From the NCBI RefSeq assembly GCF_001194135.2, contig NC_069002.1:36455151-36519150 (forward strand): a stretch of 64,000 nt of DNA, written 5' to 3'. This DNA comes from Octopus bimaculoides. Its lineage: Eukaryota. This document shows positions 12,101 to 25,800 of the stretch, in pieces (the first letter of the stretch is position 1; every line of letters begins with the position of its first letter). Both the position numbers and the translations under genes were made by a program. The notes below the pieces were generated by a model. That model worked only from the letters and a program-made list of their open reading frames with translations, had not been told where the DNA came from and did no database searches.

Positions 12101-15100
12101 AATAATACAACAAGCAAAGGCATATATGGTTGTTCAAGTTGCTAGAAATTACAGTCAAACATCTCTCATGTCACACTTTATTGTATGTATTATAGATGAT
12201 TCTTTTGATATGGATATCTGGTGTGAACAGATGACATACTTTGATAACAACAAAGTATCGTGAATTGTTTTGTGAGAATATCTGTGTTAGTTGACAGACT
12301 GAAGGGGCTGGAACGAAATACTCATCACATTCTCTTTCCTAAAACAAAATGCATATCTTGAATGCATCTGTCAATGTGGATGTGCCAACATGTATACAAA
12401 CTTGTACATAGTGATTCTTTCATCACTCCAGTCATAAGGAAAGGTCATTTTTTTTTTTGTCAATACTACTACACTCTCTGAGTGGTTGGCGTTAGGAAGG
12501 GCATCCAGCTGTAGAAACTCTGCCAAATTTAGATTGGAGCCTGGTGTTGCCATCCGGTTTCACCAGTCCTCAGTCAAATCGTCCAACCCATGCTAGCATG
12601 GAAAGTGGACGTTAAACGATGATGATGATGATGACTGCCAGAATAAGACCAAAATATGTCTGAGGTTTTTCTGTACTTACTTGAAAAATGAAAATAGTAA
12701 TAGCCATTGGTTAATATGAACTTTTTCCAACCACATAATTTTTAGTTTGGTTTGCACCACTCTGAGTATTAACTGTATTAAGATTAATTTACTGGCTGCT
12801 ACATGTTCTGCAGCCTTTTTCAACCCCATGTGCTTGTCTGCTTTTATTGTTTGTGAAAAAAATAAAGTAAATATTTTTCTTTAGGTTAAATGGGCCCGAC
12901 AGAACTATCACCATGACACTGCCAGCCCATATACTCTCCAACTCGCTTCTGCTGATGCATCAGGTACAATCATGCTGTGGGATGTTGTCACTGGTGAAGT
13001 TAAATCAGAGTTTTCAGATGGTAACAAGACAATCCAAGGTGTGACAATTTTGTTTTATTTGATTCTCTTTAAAATAAAAATGCTTTAACCCTTTCGTTAC
13101 TGTATTTATTTTGAAATGCTCTGTGTATTTTTCAGTTACTTTAAATATAAGAAAGAATTTAGTAAAATAACTTCGTTATCATTAAGCTAGTGTTATGAAC
13201 ATAAATTGTGACTAAGGTTTGATGGAAGATCTTAATTCAAAGCTTATAAAAACAAGACATTTGGACTACAGAGCCAGAAGCAGTTTCAGCTGGGTTGGTA
13301 TCAAAAGGGTTAAGACTATAGAATTCTCATTTAATTGTCATTGTTTTTGATGTATACGTTTTTTCCTAAGACTTAAAAAAATCATTTGGATATTATTGAC
13401 CATTTTTGACAAAAAGTTATTGTTGCAGGGCTGGCTGCTCATCTCTGCAACAACGTTTTCAGGGATGGCTGTTCATAGAAACAGACTTACATTTGAAGGA
13501 AAATTAATCCTATTAATGATTCATTTTCTACTTGTGTGTGTGTGATGCTGATACAGTTAGCACAGACATTTGCCAGCCAAACTAAAGATGTTCTAGTACC
13601 TTGTTCCATGTCACACACACTTTTTAGGTTCAACTGTCTTTGTTGTGGCTGTTCTTTTGTAGTCAGTAGTAGTATTGGATATTTTGATATCTGAAGTAGA
13701 TTGACTGTCCCGTTTCAGGTTTAACTCATTAGAATGAATCTTTCAACGAGACTCTGCTTTGGTACAGGACACCATATGAAGATGCTGATTTTTTCCACTC
13801 CCTGACATATTCTGTATGCTGTGGTAGAAGTAGAGGCTACTGCATTCATATCGGAAGAGAATAAACTGTAGATGCCAATTGCAGGCAATGATATTTTCCA
13901 ACCTGTGGCATTTGAGACATTTGGAAGAGCTGGGCTGCTAGCTACAAAATTTTTTACATCTTTGGTGTTATGTCCAATTGAAGCCGCCTGGTGAGGGCAG
14001 ATGTTTGTTCCAGTATCTCATCTTCATGTTGGTTCAGGATTATACATCAGTTATCTTAGGTTGCTTCCGTTAATACAGCACAAGAACTCAGATGGATTTG
14101 AAAATGTTTACCGAATGTTTGGATGCAAATATTGAAGCCCGTATGTAGAAGGTCCTTTGGGTATTGATTTGACCAGCTGTGACTCATATCAGTTTCTTAG
14201 CTTTGAAGAATTCTTCAAGAATACAGATACTATATTAAGTAATATACACTTCTATATCAGGCAGTTTGAAATGTAAATTATACCATTTTAATGAACCTTA
14301 TTTAAGGTTTAGCATTTAATTGTTTTTAACTGTTTTTAAATTCATGATTAAAAAAGACGGAAAGAATATTGAAGATTTGTTTAAGTTATTCAATGTCTGT
14401 GATTTGAATATTATTTTGATAGAAGAATTTAATCCTTGTAGATATGGAGTGGCTATCATGTCAGGACACAAACCATAGTTACTTAGTGGCTCTACACCCT
14501 CCTTATTCTTTGGTGTTGTGGAATGCAGAGACTGGAAATAAAATTTGGAAGAAATCGTACACAGAATCGCTTGTCTCATTTGTGTTTGATCCATTTGAAA
14601 CGAAGAACATTACTTGTAAGTTATGCTTGTTGTTCCTGCTATTGTTATCCCTCATTCTGTTATTTGTGCCAAGTATTATTAATATTAATGCTTGTAACTG
14701 CTAACGTTTTGTGCCAAAATTTGAAACTGTTATTAAAGCAAAGATAAAAATTATTTGAATAACTTAAAAACCATTATAAGAAATACAGTTATTGTATTCC
14801 TTATTTTTATGAAACTCATTTTGCTTTTACGTTTGTTTTGCAAGATTCTTGATGTGATATCGTGTGTTGAAACAGATATCGTTATATTTCAGGATAGTCA
14901 TATAGTGCCAATTAAACACATGTGCCATGTATTTGGTCTTCACTTCAGCTTTAGTAGTTTAGTCAAAGTTCTTTCAGCAAACACCCTGTGACCTCTTCAG
15001 CAACTTTCTATCCCACATGTCTCTTTTTGTTCTGTTTATTCCATTTCCTCTTTCTGTGGTGAATATTTTGCTTCTTTTTTTTTTCTCCTTTTTATAACAT

Positions 15101-18100
15101 CCCTATTGCCACTTTTATTCAATGTTGAAATGCTTTTCTCATATTTTCAGTTCTGGGTCAGGATTGTATCATATTTGTGGATGACTTCTCTGTGAATAAA
15201 CTCCCATCTAGTAATGGGAAGAAGTTTTACATTTCCAGTCCTTCGGCACAAGGTAAGCATCATTTACAAAACGGTTTCTTTTTCATCATCATCTTTTAAT
15301 GCCTCTTCTCCATGCTGGCATGGGTTGGACAGTTTGACAGGAGTTGGCCAGCTCAAGGGATCTGTTTTGGCATGGTTTCTATGGCTGGATGCCCTTCCTA
15401 ACACCAACCATTTTACAGAGTGTATTGGGTGCTTCTACATGGCACCGGCTTTTACATGGCACCGGCACAGGTGCTTCTGTGTCACACCAGCACAAGCGCT
15501 TTTACAATAACAGCTATAAAATAATGCTGGCAGTAGATTTCAAAGAAAAGCTTTGATCTGTATTCACTGAGTCATTTTGTTTCTACTATAAAGTAGATAG
15601 TAGTGTCATATTATCGTTGTGAATGCTAATGGTGTCAGATATAGCCCTTTCTACTTTAGGCACAAGGCCTGAAAGAGAAAGGCTTTGGGAGTAAACCCTG
15701 AGGATAAATCTGGAGCAGGAGTCCCTAAGGCAGTTCAATACTATATCCAACTCAATTCTGGCAATTCCTGCTGCCCCACTAGTGCCAAGTTCTATTAGCA
15801 CCTGCCCTTCCCTTGGATAACACTGGTGGCAATGGAGAGAGGAGAGCAACTGTCGATCTCCTATAAAACCCTACCCAAGGGTACTTAGCTGCAAAAAAAT
15901 AATATATATTTCATTGTTACATTTCCAGGTTCAAATCGATCATCAAATTCTGAATCTTTGGATAAAAAGTCATCCCGAAATCTTGCAAAAAGGGTCTCTA
16001 GAGTCCTTGTTGGTGAGAGCAAATTAAAGTGAGTTATTTCAAAGCTTGAATTTGTTTTATATAATGATTTATTGTTGTTGATGTTATGCAGCTTCAAGTT
16101 ACCTCTGAAATTTTGATGGAAGATTTTAATTTGGATCCCTTTAAAACAAAATTTGTATCATAGAACCAAAGGGCTGTCTCAAGTGGCTTGATATGTAAAG
16201 GGTCAAGGATAGTATTAAGTTCTTTCTCAGTCGCCTCTCCAAACATCTGATTGACTTGGCAACTTTTGTCCTTTGTTGTGAACACTAAATTATTCAGTAT
16301 GAGACAAAGCACTGGGGTTAATTCAATGGATTAAGATCTACCGAAGATAATACCCTAGCATGGCCAGTATCCAGTGACTGAAACCAGTAAAAACAAAAAA
16401 CTTTCCACTTTGTTTAACAATTATGTCTTTTATTTCTAATTTCTAGGTCAAATTTAAACGATGAAGAACCTTTCACTTTAAATGAATGTCTGCAGTTAGC
16501 TTACCATAATTGTTGTCGGCATCACTTAATACTCGTTTATCCTCGAGAAGTTCTCATACTTGATCTGAAAATAAACCAAACTGTCGGTATTATACCCATG
16601 GAGAGGACTGGCTCACCTTTTATGCAGGTAAATATCATAGATTTTATGATCAGTCCATTGAGGGCAGTGTGTTGGCAGCATTGTTATTGCACTGGACAAA
16701 CTGCTTAGAGGAATTTCATCCAGCTCTTTATATTCTAGGTTCAAATGTCACCATGGTCAACATTGTTTTTCATCCTTGTGGGATCAATAAAATCAGTTTA
16801 CCTATTTAGTCCCCCTAACATAGTTAAATTTAGTTAAGATTGAAAAATGGGTTGCAAGCTGAAGTCTACTTTAATAGCTTTATATGTTGGGTTATTTTCT
16901 GTTTTGGTAGGTGTTGTCGTGTCGACAGAGGGATGTACTAATGTGTCTTCATGAGAATGGAAGCATCACCGTACGTGTGCGCCGCAAAACAAACATAATC
17001 AGTACTCCAGCATCTGAGGGAACTGGCGCATTCGGTAAGGAACCATTTCATCATTTGTCATTTTAATTAATGTAGAAAGAATTTTCATCGGTAGATTTTA
17101 TTTTTGAGTTACCCTTGTTCATTAATTTGATCCGAGATTGTGTTTTGGAGACTAAAATAATTACATCATGATAGTCATTTTAGACACTAACAGGCAAGTT
17201 GTTGGTTCCTTTATTCACTGTACTTAAGCTTTATCTACTTAAAGTTGCAGCATTAAATACAATTTATAAACATGTGGAAGAGAGCTTTAAAAACATGAGC
17301 TATAAAAACTTCAGATAGTTGGGAAATCAATTTTCTCAAATGCCCTGGACTCTCTTTAGAGGAAGTGGATAATTTCTGCTACTTGAGGGACCAAATTAGT
17401 TGTGGGGGAGGATGTATGGAAAGTGTAATTGCTAGAATAAGAATTGGACAGAGAAAATTCAAAGAGTTTTTACCTCTGTTGACAACCAAAGATCTCTCTC
17501 TTTCTCTCTCTGAGTGAAAGGAAGATTGTATGATGCATGTGTGTGAACTACCATGTAGAATTGCTATTCTACATGGTAGTGAGATATGGGCCCTAAATGC
17601 AGAGGACAAGCAAAAGCCAGAGAGGAATGAAGCTAGTTTGCTCTACATGTGGGACAGAGTGTTAGTGTATTGAGAGAGAAATTAGGCATAAGAGGAATTA
17701 GATGCAGTGCAAGAGAGAAGACTGCACTGGTTTGGTCATGTGATATGGATGGATGCCGACAGCTCCAGAAAGAAGTGCCATTCACTGAAAGTGGAAGGAA
17801 CTTGTGGAAGAGGGGGACCCAAGAAGACATGGGACAAAGTACTGAGGTACAACCTCAGAACATTGACTCTTTCAGGTGAAATGACAGAGGACTAAGATAT
17901 CTGACACCTTGCTGTATTCAAGAAGACCTGTACTCCACAGCAGAAGTGTTGTTAAGGCTGCGTCCCGTGGTGAAGAGGGTTGGCCTGCATGAGTCCTGTA
18001 CTGGAACCATGTAGAAGGCATTCATGCTGGTGCCATGTAAAAGTACTTGTGCAGGTGCCACATTAAACGCACCCAACACACTGTAAAGTCGTTGGCATTA

Positions 18101-18723
18101 GGAAGGACATTTGGCCATAGAAATCATGCCAAATCAGACTGGAACTTGGTGAAGCTCTCCAGCTTGACAGCCACGGTTAAACCAACCAAGCCAGACCGAC
18201 ATGGAAAATGAACATCAAAGGATCACACACACACACACACACACACATCATAATCATCATCATTATTTTATGTCTGGTTTCCATGCAGGCATGGGTTAGA
18301 TGGTTCATCACAGTTCAAATCAGTTCTTATTGGGAGTTGCTACTCTTATAGATTGGTGCTCATGCTTGGTTTCTTTGGTTAGATATCCTTCCTCTTACCA
18401 ACTGCTTCACAGAATGTTCTTCAGTACATTTTTTCATGACACCAACACTCAATGTTTTTCTTTCTTTTGTAGATGATGGCTTGTTGAATCCAGCTTTGGA
18501 TATTTCCTATGACCTACGATGCCAATCAGATCCGTTACGAATAACTCGACATAGTAAAGTGTTTGGAGTCTCGCTATGTGCTGTATCAGAAAGGTTACTA
18601 GCTCTGGTAATGAGTGATAGCAGAGTGCTTTTTATTGAGTTAAAAGCTACTGAATATAAGGTAACCTTCTCCTTCTCTTACTTGCTTCATATTTGTTGTA
18701 TCTTATATTGCATTTTAATATAA

Positions 18724-18770
<47 letters not shown>

Positions 18771-19428
18771 AAGTTATGCCAGCATGGACAATAGACATTA
18801 AATGATGATGATATATCTATCATCATCATCATCGTTTAACGTCCGCTTTCCATGCTAGCATGGGTTGGACGATTTGACTGAGGACTGGTGAAACCGGATG
18901 GCAACACCAGGCTCCAGTCTGATTTGGCAGAGTTTCTACAGCTGGATGCCCTTCCTAACGCCAACCACTCAGAGAGTGTAGTGGGTGCTTTTACGTGTCA
19001 CCCGCACGAAAACGGCCACGCTCGAAATGGTGTCTTTTATGTGCCACCCGCACAAGCCAGTCCAGGGGCACTGGCAACAATCTCGCTCGAAAATCCTACA
19101 GGAGCCAGTCAGGCGGTACTGGCAACGGCCACGCTCAAAATGGTGCATCTCATGTGCCACCCGCACAAGAACCAGTCCAGGGGCACTGGCAACGATCTTA
19201 CTTGGCTTGCCGGGTCTTCTCACGCACAGCCCATTTCCAAATATACATTAGACTATTTAGATAAATAAGAAGAATTGTATATCTGCAGTTCTTATATTAC
19301 AGTCATTTATACAGCATGTTTGATTTAAAACTCTGTCCCACATATGTTTCTGCTGCAGGAATATCTTATGTGGTGTTTATTTACATCCTCTTTGTTCATC
19401 TGATGAATTTATTCTCCTTATCTATTCA

Positions 19429-19466
<38 letters not shown>

Positions 19467-22400
19467 GTACACAAGGTCTTATCAATAAGTATCCAGACTG
19501 TTGCCATAGTAACAAAGCTAAAGCACACATGGTTTCTATGGCTCGATGCCCTTCCTAATGCTAACTACTTTACAAAGTGTACTGGGTACTCCTGTGTAGC
19601 ACCAGCATGGGTGCTTTTTCCATGGCACCATAAATATTTTTTTTTAATTACTGAGAAATGTATCATTTTGAGTCGGGCAAATATTTTGTAGTCCCAGCAG
19701 ACAGAATGGGTACCGAAAGAGCCATTCTAACCTACTGAGCTTATTCTGGAAAATGGCATTGTCTATCCTGATGAAACCAGGGTACTGGTTCAAGAGCCTA
19801 AGATACTAGACATGTACCACCTCATTAAGTTCAAAAGAAACCTATTGGTGTGCATCCAGTAATTCATTAACTTTAATTCGTTTGTTGGGTAATGAAACCT
19901 GGTTGCTGTTGAAAGTATTTTTCTCTTATTAATTATTATCGATTGATCTCTCATTTGTTTTTATTTCTTTAGGTTGGTTATAATTATCCAATACAGCTGA
20001 CTTCTCCTTTGTACACACCTGGCTATTCTTTGGACCCTCTAGTCAGTTTTACCAACACTGTCTACTGCGATGGAACAAACCAGTTCCCGATAACCAGCGA
20101 TATCCCATATCCTCGCAATACACTCTATGACTTGATAGGTCAGCCTCAGTTGAGTGCTGGTGGAATGTATGAGTCCAGTTCTCCGTATCGTGTGTCAAAC
20201 CATGGCGTTGCACTCAAGTTTATGTTAACAGGACTCCTTAGTGGCGTTGCTTCCCCGGTGTCTGTGATTAGGATGTCACCACCACTAACCCAGAAAAATG
20301 CTTCCATGTACAAACCCCTTCTGGCAGTTGGTAAGTCTGTTGAATGCCTCCTGTTTTACATTGCTACTGTTGTTGTTGTTGTTGTTGTTGTTGTTACTAC
20401 TGCTCCTGCTTTTTAAACACCAGGTCAACCCCTGCTTTGACTATTCTACCTTTCTGTTTATCTAGGACTGCATTGTCCAATGTGTCCTTGATATATGTGA
20501 CACTGCAGTCCTCGATGTAAATGAGTTAGACAAATGTATAACACTGTGTAACACGATTTTTGTCCTTGGGTAACAACTGTTATTTCCGGTTTGCTTATCC
20601 CTAGAAAGTATGAAAAAATGTCTAATATTTCCTTCAAACTTTGCATTTGTTACGTTTATTCAAACTCCTATGGCGCTCCACTACTACTCCTGCTCGTGAT
20701 CAGGGATGCACATACTGTCAGCCACTAAAGGACATGCTCAACTGGTTATGGTCAAGCAACTGACAAGCAAATCTGTGGTATTGAGCAGAATATTTGATAT
20801 AATGATATTTCTGCATCAGCAACCCAGTGCTGAATCTGTCTGAAATGTAATGGGGAAATAGGTCAGGTTAGAAAAGCAAAGTTTGAAGTGAATAGTAGTC
20901 AGTTTCCATTGATTTCTAGACAAAAGCAAATAGGAAATAACATTTACTGACCAAAGGCAAAAAAAAGGAAATATATAAATTTTGTTACAAAGTATTATTG
21001 AGGTTTTATTTTGCAGCCAAATGTCCTTCTTGTTACTAACCCTTACCTGTTTTTTAAGTAAAGAATATTTTATTCCATATGTATATATATATATATGTGT
21101 GTGTGTTTGTGAACCCGGAACCATGTGGTTGGTAAGCAAACTACTTACCACACAGCCACCCCTACGCCTATGAAAAAATGAGCAAGTTAGTTACAGCTGT
21201 GTGTGTGTGTGTGTGTGTATTAATCGTATCTCAACAGCTCAACTTAAAAGGTTAAACTTATAAAATCCCACCCCCACAGATTCTAACATGGATGAAGTAG
21301 GGATAAAAAAATGTTAAAAAGAAGTGTTGTGTGTCTTTTTTTTTTCCAGGTAACAATTCAGGATCTATACAGATTTTTAACCTATGTAGTGGGCAACTGG
21401 ACAAAGAATTTTGTGTTCACTCAACCATTGTCAGGTAAACATTTTTATCTCTTTTGTTACTTTTTGTGAGATAAATGGTGACAATTCGATAGAATCAGTT
21501 GAGTAACTGATGAAATGCTTTGTAGTATTTAGTTAAAACCCTTTATGTCGAGAGTTCAAATCCTGTAGATGCCAGCCTTCATTTCATAATTCTGGGCTGA
21601 TTAAATAATTAGGTTAAGTATTGCATTTGATTAATTGCTAGTAATCATCCCTCAGAAATATTGGAAAATGAAAAAGAGAGAGAAAGTATGAGGATCAGCT
21701 TGTTTCTTTGCTGATACCTCTTCACCTTATCTAATCAACATAATTCATTTCATGCTTTTTTTTTTAGGACTAATCCAAGATTAGTCACAAAACAAGTTTA
21801 CCTGTGCCCAGCGTCGCCTTTCTGGCACTTGTGCCCGTGGCATGTGTAAAGACATTCGAGCAAGTTCGTTGCCAGTGTTAGGAACAGCATCCAGCTGTAG
21901 AAACTCTGCTAAATCAGATTGGAACCTGGTGTAGCCATCTGGTTTCACCAGTCCTCAGTCAAATCGTCCAACCCATGCTAGCATGGAAAGCGGTGATGAT
22001 AGTATTAAGATAGTTAATATAACTTTAAAAGTTAATTTTACAGTAAGGAAAAAACAATATTAATCAATGACTAGTATTATTTTAATTTTTTTTTTTCAAC
22101 AAGTATTGGAGATAATTTTAGACACGTTTCAGCCTTATTACAGTTATAGTCTTATCAGCTAAGCTTAGCCTTCACCAATGTGCTGAAGTAAGGAAGGAAA
22201 ATAATCACTAAGGAAATGTACAATGATGCATTTTAGTTTGTGGAGGACAATAAAATCATTTAGAAGAGAAATAATGAAAAACATTACTTGGTTTTCTTAA
22301 CGATCCTTATATTAAATATTTTCCTGACTTGAATATTTATCTTGACTAATCATTTTTTTATGAGGTTGGCATCTCTGGCATGCACATGCCCGTGTGCATG

Positions 22401-22774
22401 TGCACATACACACACACACACACATTTAAACTAAGCTTGTAGTGGGACACTAAGAAACAAAAATAAGCTTCTGATTAGATTCTCTTTCACATGTGTCATC
22501 CACATGTACATGTATTCTAAATTTAAACATATAACACATGTATTGCGTGATTGCTATTTATTTTTTTATTTTTATTACAGAGGGATTGAATGGGCTGGTC
22601 TACATTTCTTCATATCATTTGCATATCCTGACCCTAGTGCTTCAGGACTTGTAAAGAATGAAATTCTGTTGGTTGACATCATTTCAGGTATGCAAATTAT
22701 ATTTTCGTTGATATACACACAGTTCCTTGTAAGATCCAGCCTTTTGTATACAATGTGGATATATATATATACAC

Positions 22775-22818
<44 letters not shown>

Positions 22819-25800
22819 TACATGCATATATCATCATCATCCTCCAGTGTTTAAATCCGGGTTTTTGTTTCTGTTAACAGGGGTGGCCAAATCTACCTCA
22901 ATGCCATAGCAACTGCCCTCGCACCATCTTGCCCGGTTTGGGGCATCATCCCTTCTCAAGCCAACCCACCCAATCTCCTCCTCCACCTGTTCCCTCCACG
23001 TTTTCCTCAGTCTTCCTCACTTTTGCACTCCATTTACTTCATACTCAAGCACCCTCCTCAGAACATGCTCCTCATCCCTCCTCAACACATACCCATACCA
23101 CCACACTCCATTTACCCTTGCCATCCATTTTACCAATTCCTCCGACCCCAGCATCCCCATCAAGTCCTCAGTCCTCCTCTTATCAAACAGCTTCACCTCA
23201 CACATTTCTCTCACCATTGCTCTCCCAGTCCTTTTCAAAATTGCCATCTCTCTCTCTCTCTCTCCCTCAAACACCATATCTCATTCCCATACAGCATTGC
23301 AGTTCTCACACAACTCCTACAGACCTTTTTCCTTTCATCTTCAATGAGAACCTTTTCCCATATAACAATGCTCCACATTCCCTGAACTTCACCCAGCCAA
23401 GTCTCACTCTTACTGTCACAACTGCTTCACATCCACCCCTTATGTCCACCCTGTCTCCCAAATAACAAAACCCTCTCACCGTTTCCACCTCATCACATAA
23501 AGTTTCCACTGGTTCCACCAGCCCTACAGCTCTTTTCTCACATCTTCCTCAAACAAACTCTCTTGCCAGTCTTTCATAACCATTTAATACATACACACTC
23601 ACATATATCATTATGTATATTTGTTTTATTTTGTTAAACTATCAAATACTTTTGACATGTTTCTCGCGCTTTATTCCTTTGCATATAAACAATTACACTT
23701 TCTTTTACAGGGAATGAAACCCCAATCCGAATTCAACGTGATGAAGAATCCCCTATCCATGCATTACGTGTGTCACCAATGAGGTAAATTATTAACCAGA
23801 TTATCTCAGGGTAAAGATATAAAATAATCATGCAAAGAGCCGAGTCTGCTTTGCGGCATTTCTTCTGATGTTCTGCACTTCATGTTCAAATCAGGCCATA
23901 GTCAACTTTACCGTTTATATTTTCAGGGCTGATTAAAAAAAAAAGGGGTACTAATTCAAGGTGATGGATTAGTGGAATTGTAAGAATGTCAAGCTGGGTA
24001 ACTTGTGATATTTTGTTCCAGCTCTATGTGCTCAGAGTTCAAATCTCACCATGGCCTATGTGGATGGTTGAGGCACCTTGGGTGCCTTTCATGGAAGTCT
24101 ACTTTGTTGCATGTATTCAGGCCAGCTCACCTGTTTGAGGGTACCTCCCCTCCTCCTCCCATCCAATCTCAGAGGCTCTATAAAAAGTTATTTCCTAAAG
24201 AGATAAAAAAAAAACATTTTAACCCTAGGTCAGCCTGATTGAGCAAACATTTGATCAAAGGTGTCCTACTTTAACTGTTCTATATTTTTCTAGCCATAGT
24301 GTATCTTGGAATATATTGTCTTGTATATCTTTTTTTTTTTCTTTAACAATGGTAGAGTGAGATTAGAGTGAAGTTTGGTTGAAGTTTCTACCAGGTTAAG
24401 TGACCACATAAAAGCCCACATGTGGTGCATTTTGAATCGTTTTATAGTTAACTTCAGTATGCTTGAAAGATTAAGCTGTTTTCTTTCACAATCACAAGAT
24501 CCTGGTTTCAGATTTGTTGCATGGCATCATCAGACTATATTTTGTGGAAAATTATGATAAGAATGAAAGAGACACAAGTAATAAAACAAGGCAAGAATGT
24601 TTATGGATTTTAGAGAGAGAGAATGAGGGATCGCTGAGGAAATCATGGCAAAGTATGGGATCACATGGGTCATGAAACAGGGAGAGAATATTGCAAGGAT
24701 TTAAAGAATTATGAGTTTTGGAAGTTATTTGAAAACTTAAAGAATTACAAATTTCAAAGATTTTTTCTCCAAGATTATGGCAAAAAACACTGGCCCAATG
24801 GACCTCACTGTGGAAATGAACCTGAAATCATTTGGTTGCAAAGCAAAAATTTTAACCACACAGCCTTTACATCAGTATCTTTTCTNNNNNNNNNNNNNNN
24901 NNNNNNNNNNNNNNNNNNNNNNNNNNNNNNNNNNNNNNNNNNNNNNNNNNNNNNNNNNNNNNNNNNNNNNNNNNNNNNNNNNNNNNNNNNNNNNNNNNNN
25001 NNNNNNNNNNNNNNNNNNNNNNNNNNNNNNNNNNNNNNNNNNNNNNNNNNNNNNNNNNNNNNNNNNNNNNNNNNNNNNNNNNNNNNNNNNNNNNNNNNNN
25101 NNNNNNNNNNNNNNNNNNNNNNNNNNNNNNNNNNNNNNNNNNNNNNNNNNNNNNNNNNNNNNNNNNNNNNNNNNNNNNNNNNNNNNNNNNNNNNNNNNNN
25201 NNNNNNNNNNNNNNNNNNNNNNNNNNNNNNNNNNNNNNNNNNNNNNNNNNNNNNNNNNNNNNNNNNNNNNNNNNNNNNNNNNNNNNNNNNNNNNNNNNNN
25301 NNNNNNNNNNNNNNNNNNNNNNNNNNNNNNNNNNNNNNNNNNNNNNNNNNNNNNNNNNNNNNNNNNNNNNNNNNNNNNNNNNNNNNNNNNNNNNNNNNNN
25401 NNNNNNNNNNNNNNNNNNNNNNNNNNNNNNNNNNNNNNNNNNNNNNNNNNNNNNNNNNNNNNNNNNNNNNNNNNNNNNNATATATATACATATATATATA
25501 TATCTGTATATGCATGTATGTTTTTTTATAGAGAATTAACTTATTGATATTGCTATGTGATGTGTTATTTAATTGTATTTAGAACATGTTAATGTCATGA
25601 TTGTTTAAAACCATCTGTTAATTATTTTAAATTAAATTTTCTTCTTGACTCTGACGACTTTTGTATTTCGTTTGCCACATCTAGGAATGGTTTCCCGCCT
25701 CTAACATTCGGACATTGAAGAGGAAACTCAATACTGAATCTAAAGACTCTGATAGTTCTGTAAACATCAACACCGAAAGCCTTTCTTCCTCATCATTGTC

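Noticed and set aside
19765-19800. CTGATGAA plus hairpin accagggtactggt
   Set aside because: Lacks GAAA and a cleavage-site stem; not a hammerhead.
22929-23465. 178-aa Pro/Ser/His-rich ORF on +
   Set aside because: Antisense shadow of the RTE fragment on the minus strand.
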